IMG/VR virus record: IMGVR_UViG_3300047472_000231
Coordinates: 1 to 64,000 of that record
DNA length: 64,000 nucleotides
Direction: 5' to 3' (one strand)
DNA from: a virus
Part shown: one piece after another, positions 18,035 to 27,456 of the stretch
Layout: each line of letters starts with the position of its first letter
Numbering within the stretch: position 1 is the stretch's first letter
The notes under the pieces: generated by a model
Told to the model about the DNA's origin: nothing
The model's input: only the letters and a program-made list of their open reading frames with translations
Databases searched by the model: none
Translations under genes and position numbers: made by a program

Positions 18035-18520
18035 GTGGAGCAGCAGGACCAGGAGTACGTCACCTGCCCGAAGTGCAACGGCAAGCAGGGCTTCGATACG
18101 TACCGCCACGTCCCCCACAAGCACGTTGGTGGCCTGTGCTTCGAGTGCGACGGCGACGGTGTCATCCCCGTCGCCAACGCCGCCGCCTACCTCCGCCGCC
18201 AGCAGGCCGCCAAGGACGCCCGCCGTACCCGAGAGCAGGCCCGCGCCGACGAGCGCCAGGCGCAGGAGGACGCAGCCCACGACGCCGCCTTCGACCGCTA
18301 CGGCGAGGAGTACCGGCTGGTGTACGCGCTGTCCCGCTACGACCATCCCGCCACCCTGGCCGCCGTATTCGACCTGAACGCCTACCGGGCAAACGACGCA
18401 GCCGCCATGCGCCGCGTCCACGACCGCCTCCCGTACATGGTCGAGGAAGCCGGACTGGACGGCCTCGGCCTGGAAGAGATCGAAGCACTCGCCGCCGACA
18501 GCGAGAACCGCACCAACTGA
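18035..18520 (+). CDS. Zinc-finger protein (CPKCNG...CFECDGDG) with coiled coil
   Basis: GTG at 18035; codon bias resumes after the ncRNA. Confidence 0.7.
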   Translation: MEQQDQEYVTCPKCNGKQGFDTYRHVPHKHVGGLCFECDGDGVIPVANAAAYLRRQQAAKDARRTREQARADERQAQEDAAHDAAFDRYGEEYRLVYALSRYDHPATLAAVFDLNAYRANDAAAMRRVHDRLPYMVEEAGLDGLGLEEIEALAADSENRTN

Positions 18521-18585
18521 CCCGCCCCGCCCGGCCTTTCGGGGCTGGGCTTCACCACCGAACCACCGCACCAAGGGGGACCCGA

Positions 18586-18984
18586 ATGCTCGCCACCGCC
18601 AAGATCCGTCGCCGCACCCAGGCCGCCGCCCGCACCGCCCCCAAAGCACTCCGCTACCGGGCCATCAGCGGCAACATCGCGGTCCTCGTCGACGCTGGCA
18701 CCCTCGTCCGCACCGGCGACATCCTGGCCCGGCTCGGCGCATCCGACCTCAAGGACGGCTACCAGTCCTGGTACGGCCGCCACGTCAAGAAGGCCTACAT
18801 CGCCGCCAACGAGCAGCCCCCCGTCCAGGTCTGGGCGCAGCACCGAACCACCGGCAAGTGGATCCACGTCGCCGTCTACAGCCCCTACGACATCGCCCTC
18901 TACGTCGGACTCGTCACCTACAAGCGGACCGCCCACCTTGCCCAGCCCGCCTTCTTCCAGGCTGCCTACACGGAGGCCGCCTAG
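18586..18984 (+). CDS. Basic hypothetical protein
   Basis: AAGGGGG RBS, ATG at 18586. Confidence 0.7.
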   Translation: MLATAKIRRRTQAAARTAPKALRYRAISGNIAVLVDAGTLVRTGDILARLGASDLKDGYQSWYGRHVKKAYIAANEQPPVQVWAQHRTTGKWIHVAVYSPYDIALYVGLVTYKRTAHLAQPAFFQAAYTEAA

Positions 18985-19029
18985 ACCAACTTCACGGCCC
19001 GGTTCGCCCCTCGCTTTCAGGAGTCCGCC

Positions 19030-19389
19030 ATGCCTAACCTCGACGAGACCCAGCCGTTCACCGTGGACGTCAACTCCGCCCGGATCGGCCGCTACGCCAC
19101 CGCCGAGGAGGCGTACAAGACGGCCCGCTCCTACCTGGCGACGGCGGAGGCGGGCAGTCCCATCGCGTTCGCCGACGAGTTCGGGCACGCGCGGTCCTTC
19201 ACCCGCATCTCGATCATCGAAATCTTCCGGTGGAATCCGATCACCGGCGAGCGTGTCCGGCATGCGCGCAGTTGGCGGCGCACCTGGCCGGCTCCCTGCT
19301 CCGCCGACGTCGGCCCCCTCACGCCCCTGCCCAGGGACTGGCACCTCTGCGACCTGCCCGCCGACTGGTACGACGGAGCCCCGCAGTGA
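19030..19389 (+). CDS. Hypothetical protein
   Basis: AGGAG RBS. Confidence 0.65.
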   Translation: MPNLDETQPFTVDVNSARIGRYATAEEAYKTARSYLATAEAGSPIAFADEFGHARSFTRISIIEIFRWNPITGERVRHARSWRRTWPAPCSADVGPLTPLPRDWHLCDLPADWYDGAPQ

Positions 19390-19563
19390 TCGCCCGCGCG
19401 GCTCGCGCTCGTCTGCGCAGGAGGCCCGTGATGCGCACCCAGACCTCCGGCCTGTGCCTGCTCCTGTCGCTGCTGTTCGCGTGGTGCGTCCTCGCCCCGC
19501 ACAACGTGCACGCCGTAACCCCGCAGCCCGCCGTCACCGTCACCACCCCGTAAGGAGAACCCG

Positions 19564-19710
19564 ATGGCTGCCCCGACCGAACCCGCCCCGAAGCCCGCCA
19601 TCCCGGGCGAGGAGACCGCTGCCGAGGTCCGCCGCGCCGACCGCGACTACTGGGTCGACCGCGACTGGGACGGCGAGTACGACGACCCGTCCGACCACTA
19701 CTACTACTGA
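19564..19710 (+). CDS. 48-aa acidic/aromatic peptide (ends DPSDHYYY)
   Basis: AAGGAG RBS; translated by hand. Confidence 0.55.
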   Translation: MAAPTEPAPKPAIPGEETAAEVRRADRDYWVDRDWDGEYDDPSDHYYY

Positions 19711-19719
19711 GGGGCCTCC

Positions 19720-19890
19720 ATGCAGGTCATCAAAGTTGCCGACGACGGCACCGTCACCATCGAACTCACCGCCCGCGACGTGCGAGACGTCCACCGCGAC
19801 CTGGAAGAGATTCCCTGGCCTGACCTGTCGCTGGCCAGCCAGAACCTGCGGCGACACCTCGAGGCGCAGCAGGCGGGGGGCGGGGCGTGA
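19720..19890 (+). CDS. Small hypothetical protein
   Basis: GAGGGG RBS; coupled to the next ORF. Confidence 0.55.
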   Translation: MQVIKVADDGTVTIELTARDVRDVHRDLEEIPWPDLSLASQNLRRHLEAQQAGGGA

Positions 19891-20120
19891 GCGCCGAACC
19901 GACCGGCATTCCCGCCGGCCCGATCGAATCCGAACCCCTCGACTACCGGCCGCATGTTGAGCAGGAGGCCATCCTCCGCGACGTGCTGGCCGCCGCCGGA
20001 GTCGAACTCGGCGCCTATGACGAACGGATCGTCCGCTGGTTCGCCGGCTATGCGGACTGGTCGACGTTCGCCGTCATCGCGTCCTGGATCCAGCGGGCAG
20101 CTGCCGACACCCGCCGATGA
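19887..20120 (+). CDS. Small hypothetical protein
   Basis: GTGA coupling; AGVELGAYDERI motif typical of actinobacterial elements. Confidence 0.6.
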   Translation: MSAEPTGIPAGPIESEPLDYRPHVEQEAILRDVLAAAGVELGAYDERIVRWFAGYADWSTFAVIASWIQRAAADTRR

Positions 20121-20171
20121 CCCGCACCGTGCAGGGCCCGCCTCCAGTCTGGGGCGGGCCCTGTGGCGCGC

Positions 20172-20405
20172 TCACGGCGTTGTCGCTCTCGCCGCCTGGC
20201 GCCGCTGCCACCACCGCCAGCCTGCCCGCGGCGCCTCCCAATACACGGCCCGCAGGATCCAGTAGCCCGCGTACAGCATCCAGAGCATCAGCTTGAACAT
20301 GCCGACGATCGCCGCAATCCCCAGCCCGAAGAAGCCGGACGCGGCACGCCCAGGCGAGGCCGACACCCTGAGCGGGCCGATCCCGCCCGACAGTCGAATC
20401 CCCAT
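20172..20405 (-). CDS. Small membrane protein (moron-like)
   Basis: GGGGG RBS; long hydrophobic/aromatic segment. Confidence 0.6.
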   Translation of the reverse strand: MGIRLSGGIGPLRVSASPGRAASGFFGLGIAAIVGMFKLMLWMLYAGYWILRAVYWEAPRAGWRWWQRRQAARATTP

Positions 20406-20730
20406 CGCAATCCCCCCAACAAGCGCACGCACCCCCGCGCGCGGTCCGCGGATGCTACCGCCGACGGCCGCGCGCCTGACGGGTCTTCGCCGCTTTCCGC
20501 CCCATAAGGGATCGCTGCGGCCACGTCCGGCCCGCGTTGCTGATCCTCGCCGCCTTGGACTCGCTCGCACCCTTGCGGCGCAGTGCGCGGTACACCGCGA
20601 AGCGGCTTCGGTACACGAAGCCGGCGCGTCCGCCTCGATCCGAGACCATCTCTACTCCTTCCGTCGCCTTCAATGCTGCCCCCGCGACAGGCGTTGCGGT
20701 AGCGGAGTAGCGACTAATGTGCGCCGATGT

Positions 20731-20745
20731 CCTACGATTCGAAGG
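20731..20745 (+). promoter_or_regulatory. Late-gene palindromic site CCTACGATTCGAAGG
   Basis: Same motif recurs before the portal and lysis genes; contains a TACGAT -10. Confidence 0.6.
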
Positions 20746-20793
20746 TGAAGGTGATGTAATTTTGAAGAATCGACGGGACGAGGAGGGTGGGGG

Positions 20794-21393
20794 ATGGCTG
20801 CAGGACCCGGCCCGTACAACCGGAAGAACCCTGCCGAGCAAGCCGAGAAGGCCGCAATCGTCTTCCAACTCAAGCTCGACGGGCACTCCTTCCGTGCCAT
20901 CGAAGCGATCACCGCCGCCCCCGACGGGCCCACCCGCGGAGACCGCATCCCCTGGACCACCGCCCGAGACCTCCTGCGCGAAGAGCTCGCCCGCCGCGTC
21001 GACCCGAAGATCGACCAGTACCGGGCCCTCCACCTCGAACGCCTCGAAGGCGAGTTGGTCCGTCTCAACGAGCTGGAGGAGCGCGCCAAGCTCGTCCTCG
21101 GCCGGCATCACATCACCGTCAACAACGGCCGCGTCATCGCCGTCGACGGCGAACCCCTCCAGGACGACGGCCCCGTCCTCGCCGCCATCGACCGCCTCAT
21201 CAAGATCGAAGACGCCCGGCGCAAGAACAACGAATCCCAGCGCAAACTCCTCGGCCTCGACGCCCCCACCAAGGTCGACGCCCAAGTCACCGAAGTCACG
21301 CAGCAGGACATCGAGCTCGCCGAGCTCGTGCGTGAAGCGCAGGCAAAGAGCGCCGTCAAAGAGGCAGCGATCAAGGGCGAATTGGACGCATGA
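20794..21393 (+). CDS. terS: Terminase small subunit
   Basis: HTH N-terminus; IEDARRK...RKLLGLDAPTK motif; position before terL. Confidence 0.75.
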   Translation: MAAGPGPYNRKNPAEQAEKAAIVFQLKLDGHSFRAIEAITAAPDGPTRGDRIPWTTARDLLREELARRVDPKIDQYRALHLERLEGELVRLNELEERAKLVLGRHHITVNNGRVIAVDGEPLQDDGPVLAAIDRLIKIEDARRKNNESQRKLLGLDAPTKVDAQVTEVTQQDIELAELVREAQAKSAVKEAAIKGELDA

Positions 21394-21518
21394 CTCTCAT
21401 GCAAACTCGCCCAACTCCCGCTCTGAGCTGGGACAATGGAGTCACACCTAAATACGGAAGACCCCGGCGGATGCTGGAAACACCCCCGGGGCATGGCCGA
21501 TCTGCGAAGGAGATCGAC

Positions 21519-22340
21519 ATGACGGAGCCTACCTGCGCAGTCAACGGGTGCGACAGGCCGTCGCGCACGCGTGGCTGGTGCAATGCCCACTACCTGAAGT
21601 GGTATCGAACTGGCGACCCGGAATACCAACGACCTGCTCGCGTAAAACCTGCGTGTTCAGTGGACGGCTGTTTGCGTCCGGCGCACAGTCGGGGCTGGTG
21701 CAAGACGCACTACTTGCGATGGTGGTCAAAGAGCGACCTCGGCAAGGCGGCCATCCGGGCGTACAACAACGTACGAGCAGACTGCTCGTTCGACGGCTGC
21801 AACAACACGTCCAGTGCGGTCGGGTTGTGTGGTGGGCACTGGAGGCAGCAGGCGAAGGGTCAGGCGCTACGACCGCTCAAGAGGAAGACCGATCCGCAGG
21901 CTCGGGACGACGCCGGCCGGAAATTGTGCGGCACCTGCGACGGGTGGCTCCCTGTCAGTCGCTTCACCCGGAGCATCAGCCGATCGGACGGCCTGGCGGC
22001 GCGCTGTACCAAGTGCGAACGCAGTCAGGCGCTGAAGCGGAAGTTCGGGATCACTCTTGAACAGTACGAGGAGCTGCTTGAGGCGCAGGCTGGTGGCTGC
22101 GCTGTATGCGGAAAGACCCAGCAGGAGAACCGCCGCCGACTTGCAGTCGATCACGACCACTCCTGCTGCCCCGGGCAGATCACTTGCGGCAGGTGCATCC
22201 GCGGCCTGCTGTGCAGCAGCTGCAACCTTCATTTCGGTGCGATAGGGGACAGTCTCACTCACATCGAGGCGATGGCGGCCTATCTCCGCTCCAAGACGAG
22301 CCTGGAGGGCGCCTGCCCAGTTGATGCGGATACGCAGTGA
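21519..22340 (+). CDS. Endonuclease VII-family homing endonuclease with N-terminal Zn repeats
   Basis: YEELLEAQAGGCAVCG...LAVDHDH...IRGLLCSSCN. Confidence 0.85.
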   Translation: MTEPTCAVNGCDRPSRTRGWCNAHYLKWYRTGDPEYQRPARVKPACSVDGCLRPAHSRGWCKTHYLRWWSKSDLGKAAIRAYNNVRADCSFDGCNNTSSAVGLCGGHWRQQAKGQALRPLKRKTDPQARDDAGRKLCGTCDGWLPVSRFTRSISRSDGLAARCTKCERSQALKRKFGITLEQYEELLEAQAGGCAVCGKTQQENRRRLAVDHDHSCCPGQITCGRCIRGLLCSSCNLHFGAIGDSLTHIEAMAAYLRSKTSLEGACPVDADTQ

Positions 22341-23914
22341 CCGAGTACTTGCATGACCCGCGCACAGGTGAGCCGTACAACTCGGCGACCTTCGATCTGG
22401 ACGACTACCTCGCGGGGATCGACGCGCGCCTCCTTGCATCGAGCGAGGGCCGGAAGGTGCTCACCCGTCTTGATCCACTCCTGTTCGGCCTCCTCTACCT
22501 GCCCCACCACATGAAGGGGAAGCAGACCGGCGAACAGATCACCCTCGCCGACTGCCACCTGGACTGGGCCCGCCGGGCTCTCCAGTGGGTCCGCCCCGTC
22601 ACGGAACCGCGGAGCGCCCGAGACGTGTTCATCAGTCCGCGCGAGTCCGCGAAGAGCACATGGTGGTTCTTGATCATTCCGATGTGGGCTGCCGCTCATG
22701 GACTCGTGCGCTTTGTGGCTGCGTTTTCAGATAGCGCCAGCCAGAGCGAGACGCACCTGGCCACGTTCAAAGCGGAGCTCGACGGCAATCGGCTGCTACG
22801 CGAGGACTTCCCTAGCCTCACGAAGCCGGCCACCCGCCCCCGCGGCTCCGTTGTTGCCGACCGCCAGTCGCAGATCCAGATGGCGTCCGGGTTCACCTTC
22901 GCTGCGCGCGGTATCGACTCCGGCAACCTTGGCCTCAAGGTCGGTCGCGAGCGCCCGGATGCCTTGATCTGCGACGACATTGAGAGCGGGGAGGCCAATT
23001 ACTCGATTCACCAGGCGAAGAAGCGACTCTCCACGCTGCAGAACGTGATCCTTCCCCTGTCGGAGTTCGCACGGGTGGTCGTCGTGGGCACCACCACCAT
23101 GGCGGGAGGGCTGATTCATCAGTGCGTCAAGAGCGTCACGACCACGGAGGAGCCCGCCGAGTGGATTAAGGAAGAGAAGTTCCGCGTCCACTACTACGAG
23201 CCGATCGTCAACACCGAGGCTGGCGAACGATCGATCTGGCCCGCCAAGTGGCCCATGAGCTACATGGTGCAGGTCCGTGCGACGCGCAGCTTCAAGCTCA
23301 ACTTCCTGAACCAGCCGTCCAGCGCGAACTCCGATTACTGGACCGAGGGCGACTTCACCTACGGCCGCTTCCCGGTGGCCCGTACCTACCTGTCCGTCGA
23401 TGGCGCTGTCACAACCAAGACGAAGTCGGACTACACGGGACTGGCGGTTGTCGGCTGCGCCCCCGCGCGACCGGCGCGCGAGGGTAGCCGGGCCGTACCA
23501 GCGCGATGCCTGGTCGAGCACGCCGAGGCGGTAAAGCTGAAGGGTAGGGCGCTTCGGGATCGAGTCCTGCAGCTGCTGGATTCGTATCCGGAGATTGGCG
23601 CGATCCTCGTTGAGGCGAATCAGGGTGGGGACCTTTGGCATGAGGTGTTCCATGACCTGCCGGTGCGGGTGGTCACCTTCTCGAACTCTGAAGCCAAAGA
23701 GGTCCGCGCGGCCCGCGTATTGAACCTCTACCAGCTGTTGCCCGCGCGTGTGGTCCATGCCGAGGCCCTGCCTGCCCTGGAAGAGCAGATGTGCGCGTTC
23801 CCGAATGGGCTCAACGATGACCTCGTCGACGCCGTGGGGAACCCGGTGCTGCGATTCCTGCGGCCCCCGCCCAGGAAGGCGCCTCCGTCGGCGGAGAGCG
23901 CCAGCTACGTCTAG
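22337..23914 (+). CDS. terL: Terminase large subunit
   Basis: Walker A SPRESAKST, Walker B ALICDD, RNase H-like LSVDGA...DDLVDA. Confidence 0.88.
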   Translation: MTEYLHDPRTGEPYNSATFDLDDYLAGIDARLLASSEGRKVLTRLDPLLFGLLYLPHHMKGKQTGEQITLADCHLDWARRALQWVRPVTEPRSARDVFISPRESAKSTWWFLIIPMWAAAHGLVRFVAAFSDSASQSETHLATFKAELDGNRLLREDFPSLTKPATRPRGSVVADRQSQIQMASGFTFAARGIDSGNLGLKVGRERPDALICDDIESGEANYSIHQAKKRLSTLQNVILPLSEFARVVVVGTTTMAGGLIHQCVKSVTTTEEPAEWIKEEKFRVHYYEPIVNTEAGERSIWPAKWPMSYMVQVRATRSFKLNFLNQPSSANSDYWTEGDFTYGRFPVARTYLSVDGAVTTKTKSDYTGLAVVGCAPARPAREGSRAVPARCLVEHAEAVKLKGRALRDRVLQLLDSYPEIGAILVEANQGGDLWHEVFHDLPVRVVTFSNSEAKEVRAARVLNLYQLLPARVVHAEALPALEEQMCAFPNGLNDDLVDAVGNPVLRFLRPPPRKAPPSAESASYV

Positions 23915-23915
23915 A

Positions 23916-23993
23916 CCTGCGAATCGTAGGCAGATGTGAGCAATCAGGAAAGTATGTATTGCTACTAAGCTCAGCTATCCTTCGAATCATCGG
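23916..23993 (+). promoter_or_regulatory. Two late-gene palindromic sites upstream of the portal gene
   Basis: CCTGCGAATCGTAGG (23916) and CCTTCGAATCATCGG (23979). Confidence 0.6.
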
Positions 23994-24013
23994 TCGATGG
24001 TCGGGAGGTCTGG

Positions 24014-25555
24014 GTGGATGACGAGCGTGCCGACCTCATGTACGGCATCGAGGAGCTCAACGAGGCGCGCCCCGGATATGACCAGGCGCAGACCTACTAC
24101 GACGGCAAGGTCCCCGAGGTCTTCACCTCGACCCGGATCCGCCGCGCCCTCCGCGCGCACGGCATCGACTTCGACCTGAATTTTGCGAAGACGCCCGTCA
24201 ATGCGGTCACGAACCGGCTGAAGATCGCGTCGATCACCAGCCCCGACGAGGCCACGAACACGCTGATCTCGCAGATCTGGCAAGACAACCAGCTCAACCT
24301 GGAGATGCCCGACCTGTTCCGTCGGGCCGGCGAGTTCGGCGACGCGTACCTGATGGTGCTGCCTGTCGAGGACGACAAGGGCAACGTCGTCCGCGTCGAC
24401 ATGTTCTACAACTCGCCTCAGACCGTGCGCGTGATCTACAGCCAGGACAATCCGCGCCGCAAGGCGTACACGATCAAGAAGTGGTGTGACGGCCCCTATC
24501 ACCGCGCCGAGTTGCTGTATGACGACCGGATCGAGCGGTGGACCACCGGCAAGAACTCGAACGGCGACAAGCCCGCCGACTGGATGCACTGGCTGGCCGA
24601 CCCGGAGGATGGCGCCGCCGCCGACCCCGAATCGTGGACCATCGACCACGACTGGGGCGAGCAGCCCGTCTTCCACTACCGCAACGACCGCCCCTACGGA
24701 TGCCCGGAGCACTACGGCGCCTACGGCCCGCAGAACGCGATCACCAAGCTGCAGCAAACCCACATGGGCACCGTCGACTACCAGGGCTTCCCGCAGCGCT
24801 ACGCCCTCACCGAAGCCGCCAACACCGACACCTCCGACCTCGAGCCCGGCGACTTCGACGACAACGACTGGCCCCTCCCCGAGAAGGGAGTCGGCCCGAA
24901 GGACTCCGGCGACGACAGCTCCCTCAAGGCCGGGCCCGGCGAAATGATGCTGCTGCGCGGGTTCAAGGCTGTCGGCCAGTTCGATGCGGCACAGCCTGGC
25001 GTGTTCCTGGAGCCGATCAACTTCAACATCCGCGCGATGGCGCAGATCACCGACACGCCGCTACGGATGTTCGACCCGCAGTCCAGCCGCCAACGCTCCG
25101 GGGTCTCCTACCAGGAAGAGGACGGCCCGTTCATCAGCAAAGTCGAAATCCGACAGACGTCCTACGGAGCCGCGACGCACGAGGCGTTCACCTTCGCCCT
25201 GCGCCGCCTCGGAGTCATCGACCCGGTCCTGTCCGTGGACTGGGTGCCCGCCAAGAGCGTCACGGACGCGCAGGGCTGGCAGACCGTCAACGAGAAGATC
25301 CGGGCCGGTGTCCCGCGCAGGCAAGCGCTCATGGAAGCCGGGTATCGGGCGGAGCAGGTCGACGAGTGGCTGACCGGGGTCGACGACTCCGAGCTGCAGC
25401 GCCGCGTCGACGTCCTCGCCAGTCTGGCGGACTCGGCTCAGAAGCTGGGCGCTGCCGCAGCTCTCGGCGTCATCAGCAGCGAGCAGGTGACCGCGCTGCT
25501 GTCCGGGACGATCGACGACCTCGAACTCCTCGCACAGGCGCAGGAGGAGGGCTGA
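24014..25555 (+). CDS. Portal protein (SPP1 gp6-like)
   Basis: YYDG...NFAKTPVNAVTNRL...GDAYLMV; follows terL. Confidence 0.88.
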   Translation: MDDERADLMYGIEELNEARPGYDQAQTYYDGKVPEVFTSTRIRRALRAHGIDFDLNFAKTPVNAVTNRLKIASITSPDEATNTLISQIWQDNQLNLEMPDLFRRAGEFGDAYLMVLPVEDDKGNVVRVDMFYNSPQTVRVIYSQDNPRRKAYTIKKWCDGPYHRAELLYDDRIERWTTGKNSNGDKPADWMHWLADPEDGAAADPESWTIDHDWGEQPVFHYRNDRPYGCPEHYGAYGPQNAITKLQQTHMGTVDYQGFPQRYALTEAANTDTSDLEPGDFDDNDWPLPEKGVGPKDSGDDSSLKAGPGEMMLLRGFKAVGQFDAAQPGVFLEPINFNIRAMAQITDTPLRMFDPQSSRQRSGVSYQEEDGPFISKVEIRQTSYGAATHEAFTFALRRLGVIDPVLSVDWVPAKSVTDAQGWQTVNEKIRAGVPRRQALMEAGYRAEQVDEWLTGVDDSELQRRVDVLASLADSAQKLGAAAALGVISSEQVTALLSGTIDDLELLAQAQEEG

Positions 25556-26571
25556 TGCCGTACCGCAGCGAGCACCTGGCCCGCCTCGTGCAGGACGAGC
25601 ACACTGGCCAGGTCATCGACCTTGAGGACCGCATCGTGGGGGAGGCGTTCGGCGACAGCGAATCCCTGTTCGCCCAGCTGATCCGGCGCACCCTCGCTGC
25701 CTGGACCCGCGCCTTCGGCGGCCCAGACGAGCCTGCCGTGCCTGGGGGCGTGCTGCGCCGCATTCTCGCGGCCGTGCGTGCCGCCGTGCGCCGCATCCTC
25801 GACGGCGTCATCCCGCGGGCCGACACGGCACTCGGAGACAGCCTCGGCGAGGCGCTGACCTTGGGGATACAGCAGGGCGGCGAGTTCTTGCGAGCCGCTA
25901 CGGGGCGCCGCCGCCGTGCGCCAGCCCGGCCGCGGTTGAGCCGGACGGTCCGCAGCGAAGCCAGCCGCATCGGCGACCTCATCACCCAGCGCCGCGACCG
26001 CGCCCTGCAGCTGCTGCTCCCGGACCGGGTATCGCGCTGGACGCACCTGCTGACCGGGATCGGCGCCGGCCGCGCCACCTTCTCCGCGATTCGCGCGCAC
26101 GTCGCCTGGGTCGTCAGCACCGCCGTTAACGAGGGCCTGGACGCTGTGATCCGGGCGTCGGCGAAGGTCAGGCTGTGGGTGTCGGAGGCAGACGCCTGTG
26201 TGCGATGCCTCGCCTACACCGGCCGCATCGTCCCCATCGACGAACCCTTCCCGGGCGGCCTGTCGTGGGATCCCCGCCAGCGCCACATCGGTGCCGAGGG
26301 CATCGACGGGCCTCCCCTGCATGCTCACTGCAGATGCAGGACAGTGCCCTGGAACGACAGCTGGACGACGTCCGGCGTGCCGTTTCCGCTGGCGTTGCAG
26401 CGGGAGGCGCACCGGTCCCTCGGCTACGGCACCGCACGCCCCTCCGAGTCCCGCGCTGCCCGGCTGCGCGCCGCCCGCGAACTCCTGCGCACCGAACCCG
26501 ACCTGCTGCCTGCGGTGGAGGCGCGCGCCCGTACCGCCGTGCGTACTGGCCGCTTCACCCAAGCCGCATAA
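25555..26571 (+). CDS. Minor head morphogenesis protein (MuF/gp7-like)
   Basis: ACVRCLAY...PPLHAHCRC motif. Confidence 0.8.
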   Translation: MPYRSEHLARLVQDEHTGQVIDLEDRIVGEAFGDSESLFAQLIRRTLAAWTRAFGGPDEPAVPGGVLRRILAAVRAAVRRILDGVIPRADTALGDSLGEALTLGIQQGGEFLRAATGRRRRAPARPRLSRTVRSEASRIGDLITQRRDRALQLLLPDRVSRWTHLLTGIGAGRATFSAIRAHVAWVVSTAVNEGLDAVIRASAKVRLWVSEADACVRCLAYTGRIVPIDEPFPGGLSWDPRQRHIGAEGIDGPPLHAHCRCRTVPWNDSWTTSGVPFPLALQREAHRSLGYGTARPSESRAARLRAARELLRTEPDLLPAVEARARTAVRTGRFTQAA

Positions 26572-26625
26572 CCCCCGGGCGTCCGCGACGGACGCCGACA
26601 ACCAACCCCGCGATGGGAGAACACG

Positions 26626-27321
26626 ATGGGCATCCAGACAGACACCGCCACCGACGAGCCCGACATCGACGTTGAGGTCGACGAAGATCCGGACACCGAG
26701 CTCGACGCCGACGCCGACGCCGAGCCGGACGAGGCGCCGAAGCCGAAGCCGCCGGCGAAGAAGGACGAGCCGAAGCCCGGCGACGACGACTACGCGCCGC
26801 CCTCCAAGTCGGAGTGGGCGCGCACCCAGGCCGCGTTGAAGAAGGCCAACGACGACGCCAAGCGGCACCGGCTCCGCAACAAGGAGCTGGAAGAGCAGGG
26901 CCGCGCCAACGAGTCCGACCACGAGAAGGCGCTGCGTGAAGCCCGCGAGGAAGGCGAGAAGCGCTACCGGCAGCCGCTGGTGCGCACCGCCGCCCGGTCT
27001 GCGCTCGTCGAAGCGGGGGCGCTCGCGTTCCTGCAGGACGAGAAGGAGCCCGACTCGCAGGCCGCCCGCGAGAAGGGCGAGTCCCGCCTGTCCCGGCTAC
27101 TGAAGCTCGTCGACACCGAGAGCCTCGACGTCGACGAGGACGGATCCGTGTCCGGCCTGGAGGCCGCGATAGACGATCTGCGCCGCGACTACCCGGAGTT
27201 GTTCGCCACTCCTGCCAGGAAGCCGAAGGCCCGGCCTACCGGTGCGCCGCGCCAGGCGGCCCCGGAGAAGCCGAAGTCGACGGCCGAGCAGCACGCCGCT
27301 CGGCTCCTGGGCAGGGCTTGA
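26626..27321 (+). CDS. Capsid scaffolding protein
   Basis: Acidic N-terminus, coiled coil (AKRHRLRNKELE), position before the capsid gene. Confidence 0.8.
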   Translation: MGIQTDTATDEPDIDVEVDEDPDTELDADADAEPDEAPKPKPPAKKDEPKPGDDDYAPPSKSEWARTQAALKKANDDAKRHRLRNKELEEQGRANESDHEKALREAREEGEKRYRQPLVRTAARSALVEAGALAFLQDEKEPDSQAAREKGESRLSRLLKLVDTESLDVDEDGSVSGLEAAIDDLRRDYPELFATPARKPKARPTGAPRQAAPEKPKSTAEQHAARLLGRA

Positions 27322-27456
27322 CCCCAAGAGGTATATTCAGCACCAGGTGAATTGTTCCGGTGATCGGAGCAGGCCGCCGCCCTGCTTTGCGAAGGCGCCC
27401 GTGATGGGGCCCGAGCCCAACAGCTTCCCCATCACGCCGCCCGCAGGAGGGCCACA

